Notes under the pieces: model-generated
Databases searched by the model: none
Told to the model about the DNA's origin: nothing
What the model saw: the letters and a program-made list of their open reading frames with translations, nothing else
In this document: positions 38,360 to 50,000 of the stretch, one piece after another
Layout: the number at the start of each line of letters is the position of its first letter
Numbering within the stretch: the stretch's first letter is position 1
DNA from: Moniliella sp. 'wahieum'
Taxonomy: Eukaryota
DNA: 64,000 bases
NCBI GenBank assembly: GCA_003971905.1
Contig: RSEE01000122.1
Coordinates: 1-64,000, forward strand
Direction of reading: 5' to 3'
Position numbers and translations under genes: made by a program

Positions 38360-41300
38360 TTACGAGGCGAATAGGGTCAACTGAATGGGACGAACAAGAG
38401 ACTGGTAGAGGTCGAGCCGGACCAGTTCGACCAGCTCGGATGGGGTATCGCGCCACGCAACATAGGCGGCGCCCAGAACAAGTCCAACGCAAAGGAACAT
38501 CATGATCGGGATGAATGGGCGGAATATGCGCTTCGTCACCTGGAGCACAATCGAAATGAAGCCCAGCACGCGGGCAGGCCAACCCAACAACTCCCAGACC
38601 GCACCCGAAGAAAAGGCTGGGCCTGCGGCACCGCCACTCCCACGGAGCCCAGGGGGGCGCATAAATGCCATAAACCAAGTCATCATCTGAGGCGTCTGAC
38701 TTGATCAATTGAATGGCGAGGTCGGCTTCCATTGGGCCCGTTTCCTCCCCAAGCCCATTCCTGAGCCACTTCCACGGCCCGATGGTGCTCTGCAGCGTTC
38801 GAAGTTTCACGGCTGGATGGAGTGGAGGGATATTGATGGTGGTCACATCAACCTCCTCCAAAGTAGTGTCTCCCTCCCCACTCATCTCCGCGATACGCAC
38901 TTCGAGGTTGCAAGAGGGATCCGGCTCAGGAATAGTGTCCGCCTCTGGGGGCGAGATCTTACCATCACCATCAACAATGAAGGTGTCAGGCGCGGGTTCT
39001 TGGAGGGAAATATATGTTGTCCCATCAGACCGTCGAGAGAATGAGGTGGTCACCATCGACGATGGGCTGCTCCTCCCAAACATCTTCTTTGTCCAAGTCT
39101 CCCTCGGGGTCCATCCCGTCCGTCGGTGCCAAAGCCCCCTCTTTCCCCATAGCGGCCAGAGCGGTGCGTAGAAGTTCAAGCTCAGGACCCGTTCCGAAGC
39201 AATGTTGCCGTTGATATCGAGGTAGTGCAGAGCGGGCCATGCACCTTGTTCGATGGTCGCAGCAAGCGTGGTAAGGGAGGCGCCTACGAGTTCACAGAAC
39301 TGAAGTTCCAACCGGGTCAGGTGCGGCGTAGTTCCCTTCGCCAGAGCATCGACAAGCATTTGGCTTCCACGAGGACGCATACGGCATCCGCCCAAACGCA
39401 GCTCCTCCCGTAGCAGGGGCCAAGACTTGAGTGCATTGGCAATCGCCCGTGCACCCCGGAGATTGGCCAAGTTGTCACTCAGGTCAAGAATGGCAAGGTT
39501 CGAGTTGTGCGCAAGGCCCAGGACTAGGTCTTCGAACGCCCTCAATTCAAGCTTGTTTTCTTCCATTTGGATCTCCTCCAGACCGGAGTGAGCTTCAAAC
39601 ACGTTTCGCCACGAAGCCACACCTCCCTCCTCCAGTTTCTGGCCGGAGTAGTGGAGCACTCGCAGCAAAGATCCTCCCGGAGGCTGTGTGGCAGCGCCGC
39701 GCGTGATTGCTTGGGCCACTACACCCCCAGCCTCAGAATCGAGTCCGTTGTTGGACAATTTGAGGGCGTGTAGACTACCTGATTGCTCCAACAGGGGAAC
39801 GAGAGACATGAAGCTGTTCTCATCCAAACCGTTGTTCGACAAGTTTACCTCCTCCAGGGACCCTTGAGCCAACGATGCCAGTACCGGAACCAGCAAGTCA
39901 AGGGAGTCCGTGATGTCGTCTGCCTCGCAGTTGATGAACATGCCCGACAAGTCCATCAACCGCAACTTGGTCTGCGTCTTGAGAAGCTCGGCCAGAACTT
40001 GACACCCGCCTACACCCCACGTGTTCCCTCCCAAGTACACTTCTTCCACCTGAGAGGTCGCAAGGGGTTTGAGGTGAGGCTCAGCTTCGGTAGCCGTAGT
40101 GAGCAACAAGTGGTTGCCTGCAATGCTAAAAATACGCGAAGGACACATATCCTCCGAGGGAAGCTGCTCAACCAGATCCGCGGGTGCCCGGATTTGCGCA
40201 GAGAGAGTGGGCGACTGGGCAGAGCGTGTGGAGGTTGATTGAAATACTTGATCCTCCATGGTTGTGGCGAAATCCACCACCCCCTTGTCCGCCTCGTGTT
40301 TGACGGGTACTTCCACCTCAGTTGCTTCTGCGTTTTTCAGAACGTCATCGTTCGGAATAAACTGCACCACGACAAACGTCAGAATCTGCACAACACAGGA
40401 GATGAAGAAAGCCCACATACCTCTTTTGACAGTTCACCCTGTTCGCTGTCGCTCGACTCGTGCACCGTCGAGCTATCATCGTTGTCGCTCTCAAGATCGT
40501 CTTCTCCCTCCGGGTCCATCTCATCCGTGTCACCAAGCGCATCAGGTCGGCCCAGTGCGGCGAGAACATCGCGCAGCTTTTCAAGCTCGGGACCGTCCTC
40601 TTCAGCAAAGTTCCCATTGACGTCCAACCGCTCCAACGCCAGCTTGTGCAGCGCAATCACCTCGGCCAGCTCGAGAAGAAGACGACCAGGGATGTCGCAT
40701 AAGTCAAGACCCAGGCGGCGGAGCTTTTTGGGGGCGGCATTACGCAGCGCGTCGATAACTAGCCCCGCACCCTCGGGGCGAAGCAGCGTTTCGCTCAGCT
40801 GCAGTTCCTCCAGCTCGGGCCAATTGGCCAGCGCCAGTGCGACTGCACGAGAACCGCGAAGCGTTGCTGTGTTATCTTGCAGATCCACGACCCTCAGCTT
40901 GGGGTTGGCGGCCAAACCGTTGGATACTAGCTGCTCCACGCCCTTCATCCTGATCCCGTTCTGGTGCATTCGGACCACTTCCAGCGTCCCATGAGCAGCC
41001 AGAGCACGGGCAAACGCTGCCGCACTTCCGTCCTCTAACCGGTTGCGGCCAATAATCAGGACTTGAAGCTTGGATTGCTGGTCAGCCTGCTTGGCACGCT
41101 CGGCACTGCGGGCCAAGGCGTCTGCCACGACATTCCCGCCTGCCGGCCCGAGTCCATTATTCTCCAGCTTGAGCACCCGGAGTGAATGGGCCTGCTCCAG
41201 GAGAGGCACCAGGGGAAGAACAGTCCTCTCACCCAACGCGTTGTCGGACAAGTCCACCTCTTCTAATTGGCCGTGGGGGGGCACGATGCGCGCCAGCGCC

Positions 41301-43065
41301 GAGCAAATCGCCTTCAGGGCGAGAGGGATCTCAGTGATCATTCGTCCCGTGAACAGATCGTCCAGCCAGGCTGATCTGAGTGTTGTGATCGTAGCCAGTG
41401 TGTCGGCGAAGGCCTCGGCGGCCTCGACTCCCATCGTGTTCCCACCCATGACCACTTGCTCAACGCCGACCTGGGCGCGCAAGGCACACAGATACGGCTC
41501 GATGTCGCTTGCCGTTTCGAGACGAAGACCTTTGCCTTGAATGGAGAAAATCTGGTTGGGCTGGACCGAAGATGCTTCGTCCCCATTTTCATCGGGGACG
41601 GGGATATCATGGGGTATGGCATCGGGGGCATCATCCACTTCGTCAATCGTAGACTTCTCCTCTCTGTCCTCCTCGGGGTTTACCTCGGTCTCCTTTTCGA
41701 TCGCCTCCGGGTTCTCCTCGACCACCTCCGGGTTCTCCTCGACCACCTCCGGGTTCTCCTCGACTTCCTCCGGGTTCTCCTCGACTTCCTCCGGGTTCTC
41801 CTCGATCGCCTCTGAGTTCTCCTCGATCGCCTCTGTTTCGTCCTCAATCGCCTGCGTTGTTTCCTCGATCGCCTCCATTTTGTCCTCGATCGTCTTGGCC
41901 CCCTCGTCCTGGACCACGACCTCGTCCGGAGCATCACTTAGATCATCATCTGAAATATCGGACAAAGGTGTCTCATCCACCTCTGTAACATCCACCAATG
42001 CGCTTCCCAGGCCTTGCGCTTCCAGTGCTTGACGCAATGCCTCAATCTCTGGCCCTTCCCCATCCACCAAGTTGCTGTTCACGTCCAGATGAGTGAGACG
42101 GGGCCAAGGATTGGAGGCGATCAGGTGGGATAAAGCCATAATGTTTGCCGGGCTGAGCTCACAACAACTCAACCCGATCTGGGTGAGGATGCATGCCGTT
42201 CGACCAACAGCGCGTCCATCAAGAGCTGACCTCCTTTAGGCCGAAGAAGTGTATCAGTCAAGTGGAGCTCCTCGAGATTGGGCCAGAATCGGAGACACTC
42301 AGCAACAGCCTTGGCACCGCGTAAGGTGGCAGTGTTGTCACCAAGGTCGAGAATGCGCAAATGGGGGTTCTTGGCCAGACCCGAGCGCACGATCACCTCA
42401 AATCCTTGCATGCGGATCCCGTTCTGTGCCATACGCACTTCTTGCAAGGTGCCGTGCGCGGCGAGCGCACGCGCCCAGTTCAATGCGCTGCCATCCTCCA
42501 GCCGATTGCGCCCGCATTCAAGCACCTGCAACTGAGACGACTCGCCTTGGGCAGCAGCTTTCTGGGCGCCACGGGCCAACGCATCAGCCACAACGATGCC
42601 TGCCTCGGGCCCCAGACCATTGTTGTTAAGCCTGAGAACACGGAGGCCGTTGGCAGCCTCGAGGAGAGGGACGAGCGGCGAGCATACACGTTCGCCAAAT
42701 GCATTGTCGGACAAGTTGACCTGTTCCAGTGCCCCGCCAGGGGGCACGAGGCTGGCGAGGGCAGTGCAGAGCGCAGTGAGCGCGCCGGGGATCTCGTCGA
42801 TGCTGCGGCTGGTAAAGATGTTGGACAGGTCAATGGAGCGGAGAGAGGTACAGGTGGCGAGAACCGTAGCGAGCGCCTGGGCGGCAGGGACGCCGATGGT
42901 GTTGTCGCTGAGGCGCACCTCGTCGACAGCGCCGCGCTGGGCCAGCTCTGCGAGCTCGGCGGCATACGTGGCTGCATCCTCAGCGGAATCGAGGGTGAGG
43001 CCGCGGCCAGCAAGCGAGAAGATGCGCGGGGCGCTCTCGGCGTCACTCTCAGCGGCGTCAGACAT
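38360..43065 (-). CDS. RNA1: Ran GTPase-activating protein (Rna1/RanGAP1 family) with three tandem LRR + acidic-tail units and a probable C-terminal transmembrane segment; intron 40362-40420
   Basis: Units start IFSLAGRGLTL, IFSIQGKGLRL and IFSIAGNHLLL. Units 1-2 have IFTSR/LFTGR, LSDNA(F/L)G, NNGLGP, GRNRLEDG, QNGIR and L(G/Q)DNT. Units are joined through an indel site (~42180) and a phase-0 GT-AG intron. Confidence 0.85.
41690..41890 (-). repeat. Coding 21-bp tandem repeat (E-A/V/E-I/V-E-E-N-P) in the linker between RanGAP units 1 and 2
   Basis: EAIEENS-EAIEENP-EEVEENP-EEVEENP-EVVEENP-EVVEENP-EAIEKET. Confidence 0.9.
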
Positions 43066-43220
43066 GAGCAGCGCGTGCGTGGCGGTGGAGGCAGCAGCGC
43101 ACGGCGGGGCTTCGATCGGCGCCTGAAGCAGCCTCAGGCCTCAGGCCGGAGGCCGCGCGAGGACGCTAAGAAAAACCGCAGATTTTAATCAGGCAGCTCG
43201 CGAGTGTGTTGGCTTGTTAA

Positions 43221-46060
43221 TTACGTTAATTGTCCTCTGTCTGTCTGTCCGCCATCGCGTCCATCCCGACGGGGATCGTGGCAAGAATAGATTACGCAAA
43301 AGCTACGCCTCGTCTGGATCTGAATACGTCGTGCGGTCACGCAGCCGCGCACGCCGCAGCCCGCCACGCCAGGCCCAGCCCGAGCCAGCTCGTGAGGCGG
43401 CCTCGTTGGACGAGGTTGCCGCTGGTGGTTGTGCGCTCTCGTCGCCCGACGCGGCGCTTCGACCGACAGCAACAGAGCAGACGCAGCACCAGCACCAGCA
43501 GCACTAGCACCAGCACCAGATGCCGACGGAGCAGCAGAAGAAACACCCACCGTCTCTTCGTCTTCCCTCTGTGGTAGCAGGCTGCTTCCTACTGGAGCAC
43601 TCGTGGTATCCACGCTCCGTACTGGCACGCCAACGCTCGGCTCAGTTGAGCCCGCTGCCTGAGGGGGCTCGGACGTCGTGGGCGCTGCCATGGCCGTGGC
43701 TGCGGCGGGAGGAGAAGGGGACGGTGGCCGAGATGGCGAGATAGGGGCCGCTTCTTCCGCAACTTCAGATTGTGCTTCAGGGTGCGAATCGCGACGAGCG
43801 AGTTGACGTTCGCGCTCCAGTCGCTCGGCCCGTAATCGTCGGGCGGCCCATTCGGCCCGGCGCTCTTCGTCTCGGGCCAGCAGGTCCAACTGCGCGTTAA
43901 TCCACTCCTCGTCCGATGCGGCCTCTGAACGCGCCCCATTCCCATCCCCAACGGAACGTAAACGCGTAGACCTGCCAGGAGGCGGTGTTGCTGGCGGCAA
44001 TGTGTAGTCCTCCTCCCGATGTCCTGCTGCGTCGCCTCGTCGCTCGTGGCGAGACCGGTGCCGGTGTCTCCTATGTCGTCGAGAGGAGGTGTGGGTGTGC
44101 TCTCGAGGGTGCGGACGCGAGTGGGAGAGAGAGGTCCGTTGGCTGTGAAACGACACCATGTCTGGTAACGAGTTTGCCTCCTCGTCCTCCTCTCCATCCT
44201 CGTCATCCTCGTTATCTGACCGGGGCGGGTGGTGGCGCTGTTGTCGCTTTTGCAGCACTTGGTCCCGCAATGCAGTCTGATGCGTCGCAGCGCTCCGAGC
44301 GGCAGCAAAGTGCGCCACTCGTAGTCGACGGAACCGATCGGTAAAGAAGGTGGCTGGAGGCAGTGCAGAGCGGGCATGCCGCGCCGCTTGGAACAACGTA
44401 TCTGCTCTGCTCTCGCTGTGGAACTCGTAGCCGGGAGGGGGCGTCGTAACACTCTCCTCTCTCCAGGCTACGTCCGATGGAGGAATGCTCCCCGGCAAAG
44501 AGATGCGGCGTTGGCTGAGCGATGCTCTTGGCCCATCCACCTGTGCCATTTCCTCGTCCTCGGGGGCAGCAGGATTGGGTGGTACTGGTTGATCCGTTTC
44601 AGGTGATGGAATGCCATCTACTTCGGTCACAGACGGGTGCGTGGGGCGAAGACTGGAACGAGTCGAATGGGGACGTGAAGCAACGGACGCCATGGCTGGT
44701 CTGGACACCAAAGAGGAGGCACGAGATGGGTGCCGGCGTGGCCGGAGCGAGGCGGAGGGACGGCGGGAGTTACTCGATAGATGGGATGAGATGCGAGCCA
44801 ATGACGAGTCGGGCTGAGCAAGGCTGTCACGAGCGTGTGAGCCATCGTGTTCATCGCTGGCCATGCCATCAACCGGTCCATCTTGAGCCGCAGAGCGCAG
44901 TTGGGCCTTGCGCGCTGCTCGCTTGGCCGATCGCATTTCCCGATCTTCCACTTCTCCAATGCCCATCCCAGCCCCGACCCACCACCAAAAGCCAAGCCAG
45001 GACTGCCAAACGGTCAATGTCCAGCCAATCTGGGGAAGCCACCACAAACGATCCCACTTGATTCCGAGAAAATTCAGCAACGCCGTAATAAAGGCGAGAC
45101 CGCTAGCGCCCATGCCAAAAATGGCCGTGCCCCCATCCGTGCGCCAGGCACGGCGTCGGTTGACAAGCAAGCCCCAAATCAGCAGGGCGCAGAGGTACAG
45201 TAGCGAAAGTGTACTGTTGCAGATGTTTCGAAATGCATCGCCCAGATCGAGTGCCTTTTCATCGTCAGGCGGCGCCATGTCAGTAAAGAGCAGCGCCGCT
45301 GCGCAGAAAGCAAGCGGGCCAAGCATCCAAAGGATGAGGCGGCGCTCAAGGTTGGATGGATAAAGGAGGGTGAGGAACTGAATGTGGGTGGTGTGTACAG
45401 CAAGGGTGAGGATGGCCTGGAGCACGGTGTAGCAGGCAACCTGGGCATCGGACCATTCTCCCGTCGGCGGCGGGATCTCCATGTTGATGTAGGGAAACAT
45501 GTATGGGTACTTGTACGAGCGCTCCGCCGCGGTCCACAGCAGCACGCCCACGTCGCATGCCACGTCGACCACGAGACAGAAACAGGAGAATGCCTGCATG
45601 CAGAAGTTGATTTTGGAAAGGGGGTAGTGGTAGCGACCAGTAAAGGCGAGATGAAATCCAAGCATGACCGCCAGGGACAGGCTGATGCCACCGAGCAGCA
45701 CCTGCACGGGCATGCTCCAGATGAAGTCGGGCATCAGCGCGAGGAGGGGATCGTTGGGGTCATTTGGATCAAGCGTTGGCCGAGGCTGGCCGTCATAGTC
45801 GGATACGGTGGTGGGGAGACTGGCGAGTTGTTGCGAGGGGAGAGAGAGGGCGTGGGGGTGGGGGAAGGAGTGGCCGAGACGGCGAGCAGGGCGATGGCGA
45901 GGATGGCGATGACCGTGATGCGCGTGCAGCGGACGCGGCCAGCGCGCATACTGAGGGGTGAGGGCGTTGGGATTGACACTGGTGGCGGTGGTGATGGTGG
46001 TGGTCGAGTTGGCGTTGGGCCAGCGGCTGGAGGAGGCGGTGCGATGCGGCGAACAGCCAT
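43221..46060 (-). CDS. PalH/Rim21-type multi-pass membrane pH sensor (basidiomycete Rra1-like) with a long charged C-terminal tail; both ends uncertain
   Basis: Hydrophobic N-terminal segment in the adjacent frame (ITVIAILAIALLAVSA), about 7 hydrophobic segments, HLAFTGRYHYPL, HIQFLTLLYPSNLERRLI, VNRRRAWRTDGGTAIFG, WLGFWWWVGAGMGIGEVED. Confidence 0.65.
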
Positions 46061-47095
46061 CACACATCACACATCCCAATCACACACCCTCGATCCTAGC
46101 CTCTGTGCTTAGGTAATATGCAATACAGCCCCCGTGCGGCGATTTACCCCACCGTTGCCACCCGTATTCATCACGTCGACATCACAACCTTCGCCTATGC
46201 GATCAGGAAGACAGTACACCCACACCTGATTATGGGTGGTTCGACCACATCTCGATTAACCCTCGGCAAACGATACCGACGGCGATGATCTGACCCAAGG
46301 GGAGCTCCATATCCGCCCTGAAGATGGGCAGGTCCATGTCAATACAAGGGTAGGTCAGTGCAAGTCATTGATACTTTGTCTCCTGGGCACAAATACAAGT
46401 CGAAAACCGGATCGCGGAGGCCTTGGGACAAAGAGTAACTAACTAAACTGCGTGGCTAGTATACAGTCGACTATGAGTATCTCCTCAGCGCCTCAGCGAA
46501 GGATACGGCCGATTTTTGAGCATTGTGGTCTTATTACGCTTTTCTTGCTTTCAGTATGCTGTGAAGCTGATTATGAGAGAACGAAAGAGCAGAACGAGCA
46601 CAACCCGGAGGCGCTTGCACTCACCTTTGCTCAGGGAGATGGAACCCAGAGGCTTGTTGTGCGTGGTGGGGGACTTGGGTACCACAGGACACCGTTACTA
46701 TAGCTTTCTCAGACTTAAATTCCTTTCACTTCAGCTGCCACTGCAATGGGGGGGGCATTTTGCCAGGTCAGCCGTGTGTTGAGTAGTAAGTAGACCAGCA
46801 GGGGGGGGGGCGGATCTCACCCCCCCGCGTACCCACTGCCCGATCAAGACCTAGTTCCACTTAGTACCCCACTTCTGTTCATCTACTATCCCATCCTTTC
46901 CCGGGGAAACACGCAAGACACTTCAATTCAATACAGGGCAGTTCCAGGTCCAGTTTGAGGTGCAGGCCCAGACTCAGGTACAGGTGTAAGTAGGTGCAGG
47001 TACCTGCCCACATCCACACTTCACTTCTCCGTAAGTTCTTTTTTTTTTTACCCCCCTTCCTTTCTTCACCGCTTCTGACAGAAACAACCTGAGCC

Positions 47096-50000
47096 TCACG
47101 CGCCAAACGGCGGTTCCTGGCCCGGATGGGCAAAGCTCAAATTGGGCGTGCTGGGCTGGGTAACGCCCGGGGTAGCCCCCGGGGTACGCATCCAGCGACT
47201 GCCCAACGACATGCCTCCCATGGCAAATGGGTTGTCGGGGGGAACGGCAGGGGTACTTGCGTCCCAAGCCCCCCCAAACCCAGGTGGGAGGAACGAGGAC
47301 CAGAACGTTTCGCTCAGCAACTGTTCACTTGGTTCGTCTTCTTCCCGTGCGCCTGGCATGAGCGGGAAACCGAGTGTAAATTGCGCCGCTTCCGCCGGCT
47401 GCATCGTCGGACTGGCAGCGCGCGAGGCGAGCCGCGAAGCAGGTCGGGTAGGCGGACGCGAATGCAATTGCGCTTGCGATTGCGATTGGGCAGCGACCAG
47501 GGCAGCGACAATGCTATTGACGTGGGCGCCCGTGGTGCGTTTGGTGCTGTGGGGCGTGTGGGGCGAGGCGGCGCGGGAACGGTGGGGCGTAGTAGCGTTG
47601 GACACCGACGGCTGGGTACGGTCCGAGTGACTTTGCACGAGCATACGAAGAAAGGTGGCGTAGAGGTAAGGCGTGTGGGTCGGTCCAACAGCGAGCGATT
47701 GGAGAAAGTTGGCCGTGTGGCTGACCAACCGGAGCAAGTGCGCTTCGTCGCTGTACGCGGCAAACGCCGGCTGGAGCAACTTGAGCAAAAACACACACGC
47801 ATATGCCACCATGACAAACTGGCTGTCGGGCGCGTAGCGCAAGTCGCGGCCCAACAGACACGCCGCTTTGATGATCCCCTTGGCCGCATGCAGACAACGC
47901 GAATAGTACGTCGGCGTGTCGAGGCCCGTGCTGGTTGGGTGGTCCAGAGCATGTTGCAGCCCAAACGAGTTGAGCAACAGGACGGCATAGTGGTACCGTA
48001 CCGGACCTTGGCGGATCAGAAAGTAGAGCGCCCGCTGGATGTAATCGGCATTCTCGGGGGCGAATCCGCCTCCACATCCGGTTCCTCCCCCAACAGACGC
48101 AGGATCAACCTTTCCTCCCCGATCCGATTCTCCGACTCGGTCGGCTCTTGCTCTGGGCCAGGCTCTCGCTCTTGCTCGTGCCCAGGTTCCCGCTCGTGTT
48201 CCTGCTCGGGCAAGTGCTCGTGCTCTTGCTCGTGCTCCTCTCCATGCTGGGGCTCGTGCTGGGGCTCATGTTCATGTTCATGCTCAGGCTCAGGCTCATG
48301 TTCACGTTCATGTTCACGTTCATGTTCATGCTTATGCTCATGTTCATCTTTATGCTCATGTTCATGTTCATGTTCATGCTCGTGCTCATGGCCTTGACCT
48401 GAATCTTGGCCTTGCCCGCTTCCCGACGCGTTCTGGGCCGGTGTACTACGTTCCCCCTCGGCCGGCATGGGCGCCGTGCGCTCGACGCCAGCTGGGGTTG
48501 GTTCCTTGGTTGGTTCCGCAGCAGCGTGGCGCAGAGCACGATAATGCTGCATCAAATCATCAAAGCGCCAGACCTCCTTCCACTCTTCCAGCTGCTGGTT
48601 AAAGATCTTGAGCACGGACGGGTAATCAATATCGAGGTGCAAGCCCGACACGGACGTGGTAGAAGAATAGAGAAAGTCCATTTGACGCGACTGGATTCGC
48701 TGCAACTCCACCAGCCCCGAGATTCCCACGTCCCAAGGGCGCGAGTGGCGTTGCATGCACCACGGACGCGAGTTGCGAATCAGCCAGTCTTCCCGCACAC
48801 TGTACGCCTTGCCCATCTGCGCGGCAAACCCACGGTCGATGGTAAAGCACACGTACCACGTACGTTCGCGGTTCAGCAGTTCCCGTTCTCGCTCTGCATC
48901 GTCCTCTTGCGGGCCCATGGCTTTGCGGTCCAGGTTCAAGTCCGTGGCCATGCGAATGGCCAAGCCCGAGAACATCCACGCCGTATCTTGCTCAAACTTG
49001 GCCGACGGCTCGCCCCACAACGACAACAACAAGAAGGCCTGCACAATTTCCACCGATTTGAACCCGTGTTCGAGCGAGACAAAGGCGCATTGCTTGGCGT
49101 ACTTGAGAGCTTGCGCATGTAGCTCGGGCCGCGCAGCATAGAAGCGCGACGCAACCGCCAAGATGGCCGTGAAGAGGAATGGAGACCGGGCACAGACAAA
49201 GGTAGGTGTGTGCCAGTCCGGGTCGAGCAAAAAGGCATACTGCATGCAATGCACAAAGAAAATCCGAAACAGTTCCACCACCTCCTCACTGTCCACCACC
49301 CCATCTTGCAAAATCTCGGGCGGCATCTCCCGTTCAATCGCAATCTGACGCAAGGGCAGAATGGAGATGGCCGACGGCTTAAAGTACGTCGAATTGGCCA
49401 CGCCCAATGGGATCTCCTCGTCCCCAGCCAGAGAGGGCACCACATCGGGACCCGCACCGCCCGACGCGGCCGCAGCAGCGGCAGCAGCAGCGGTAGACGC
49501 GCTGTAGCTTGGCGAATTGCTCGGCCCATCCGACACGCTGGCGGGAGGGTTGCTGTCCATGCGCGTGGCCGAGGTGCCACGGTGCTTGCGACGGGACCGC
49601 TGGGCGTTGTGCAGACTGGCCTCGGCCAAGAGCCCTAGTGGGTTGAGCGTGTTGTCGGGTAACGCATGCAGACGTGGCGACGTGGTGCGCGAGTGGTTGT
49701 CCCGGCCCTTGCGTGAGGGGGCGGGTTGGTACGGCTTGAGGCGGTCCTTGAGGCTCGCTCGCCGATCCACGCTGTCCCCGCCGTTGGAGCCGGCCGATTG
49801 GCCCGAGGTATTGGACAGCACCGAATCGCCGCCATTGGTAGAGGGGGAGTGGAGGTGGGGCATGGGCTCGGCAAAGCGCAAGTCGGGGTGGCGGGTGGTC
49901 GTGCCCGAGCGCGGACGCTTCTGCATCGTCGAAGTCAAGGTGGGCCGGGGCACAAATGCCGGTGGAGCAAAGTCGGTGGGCGCCGGGGGGGCAGGTTCAG

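Noticed and set aside
40362..40420. Separate gene starting MWAFFISCVVQILTFVVVQ with a signal-like peptide
   Set aside because: The segment is a canonical GT-AG intron with a branch site that joins RanGAP units 2 and 3 in frame.
46800..46828. G-run/C-run hairpin as a terminator
   Set aside because: Homopolymer complementarity only; bacterial-type intrinsic terminators do not apply to a fungal Pol II locus.
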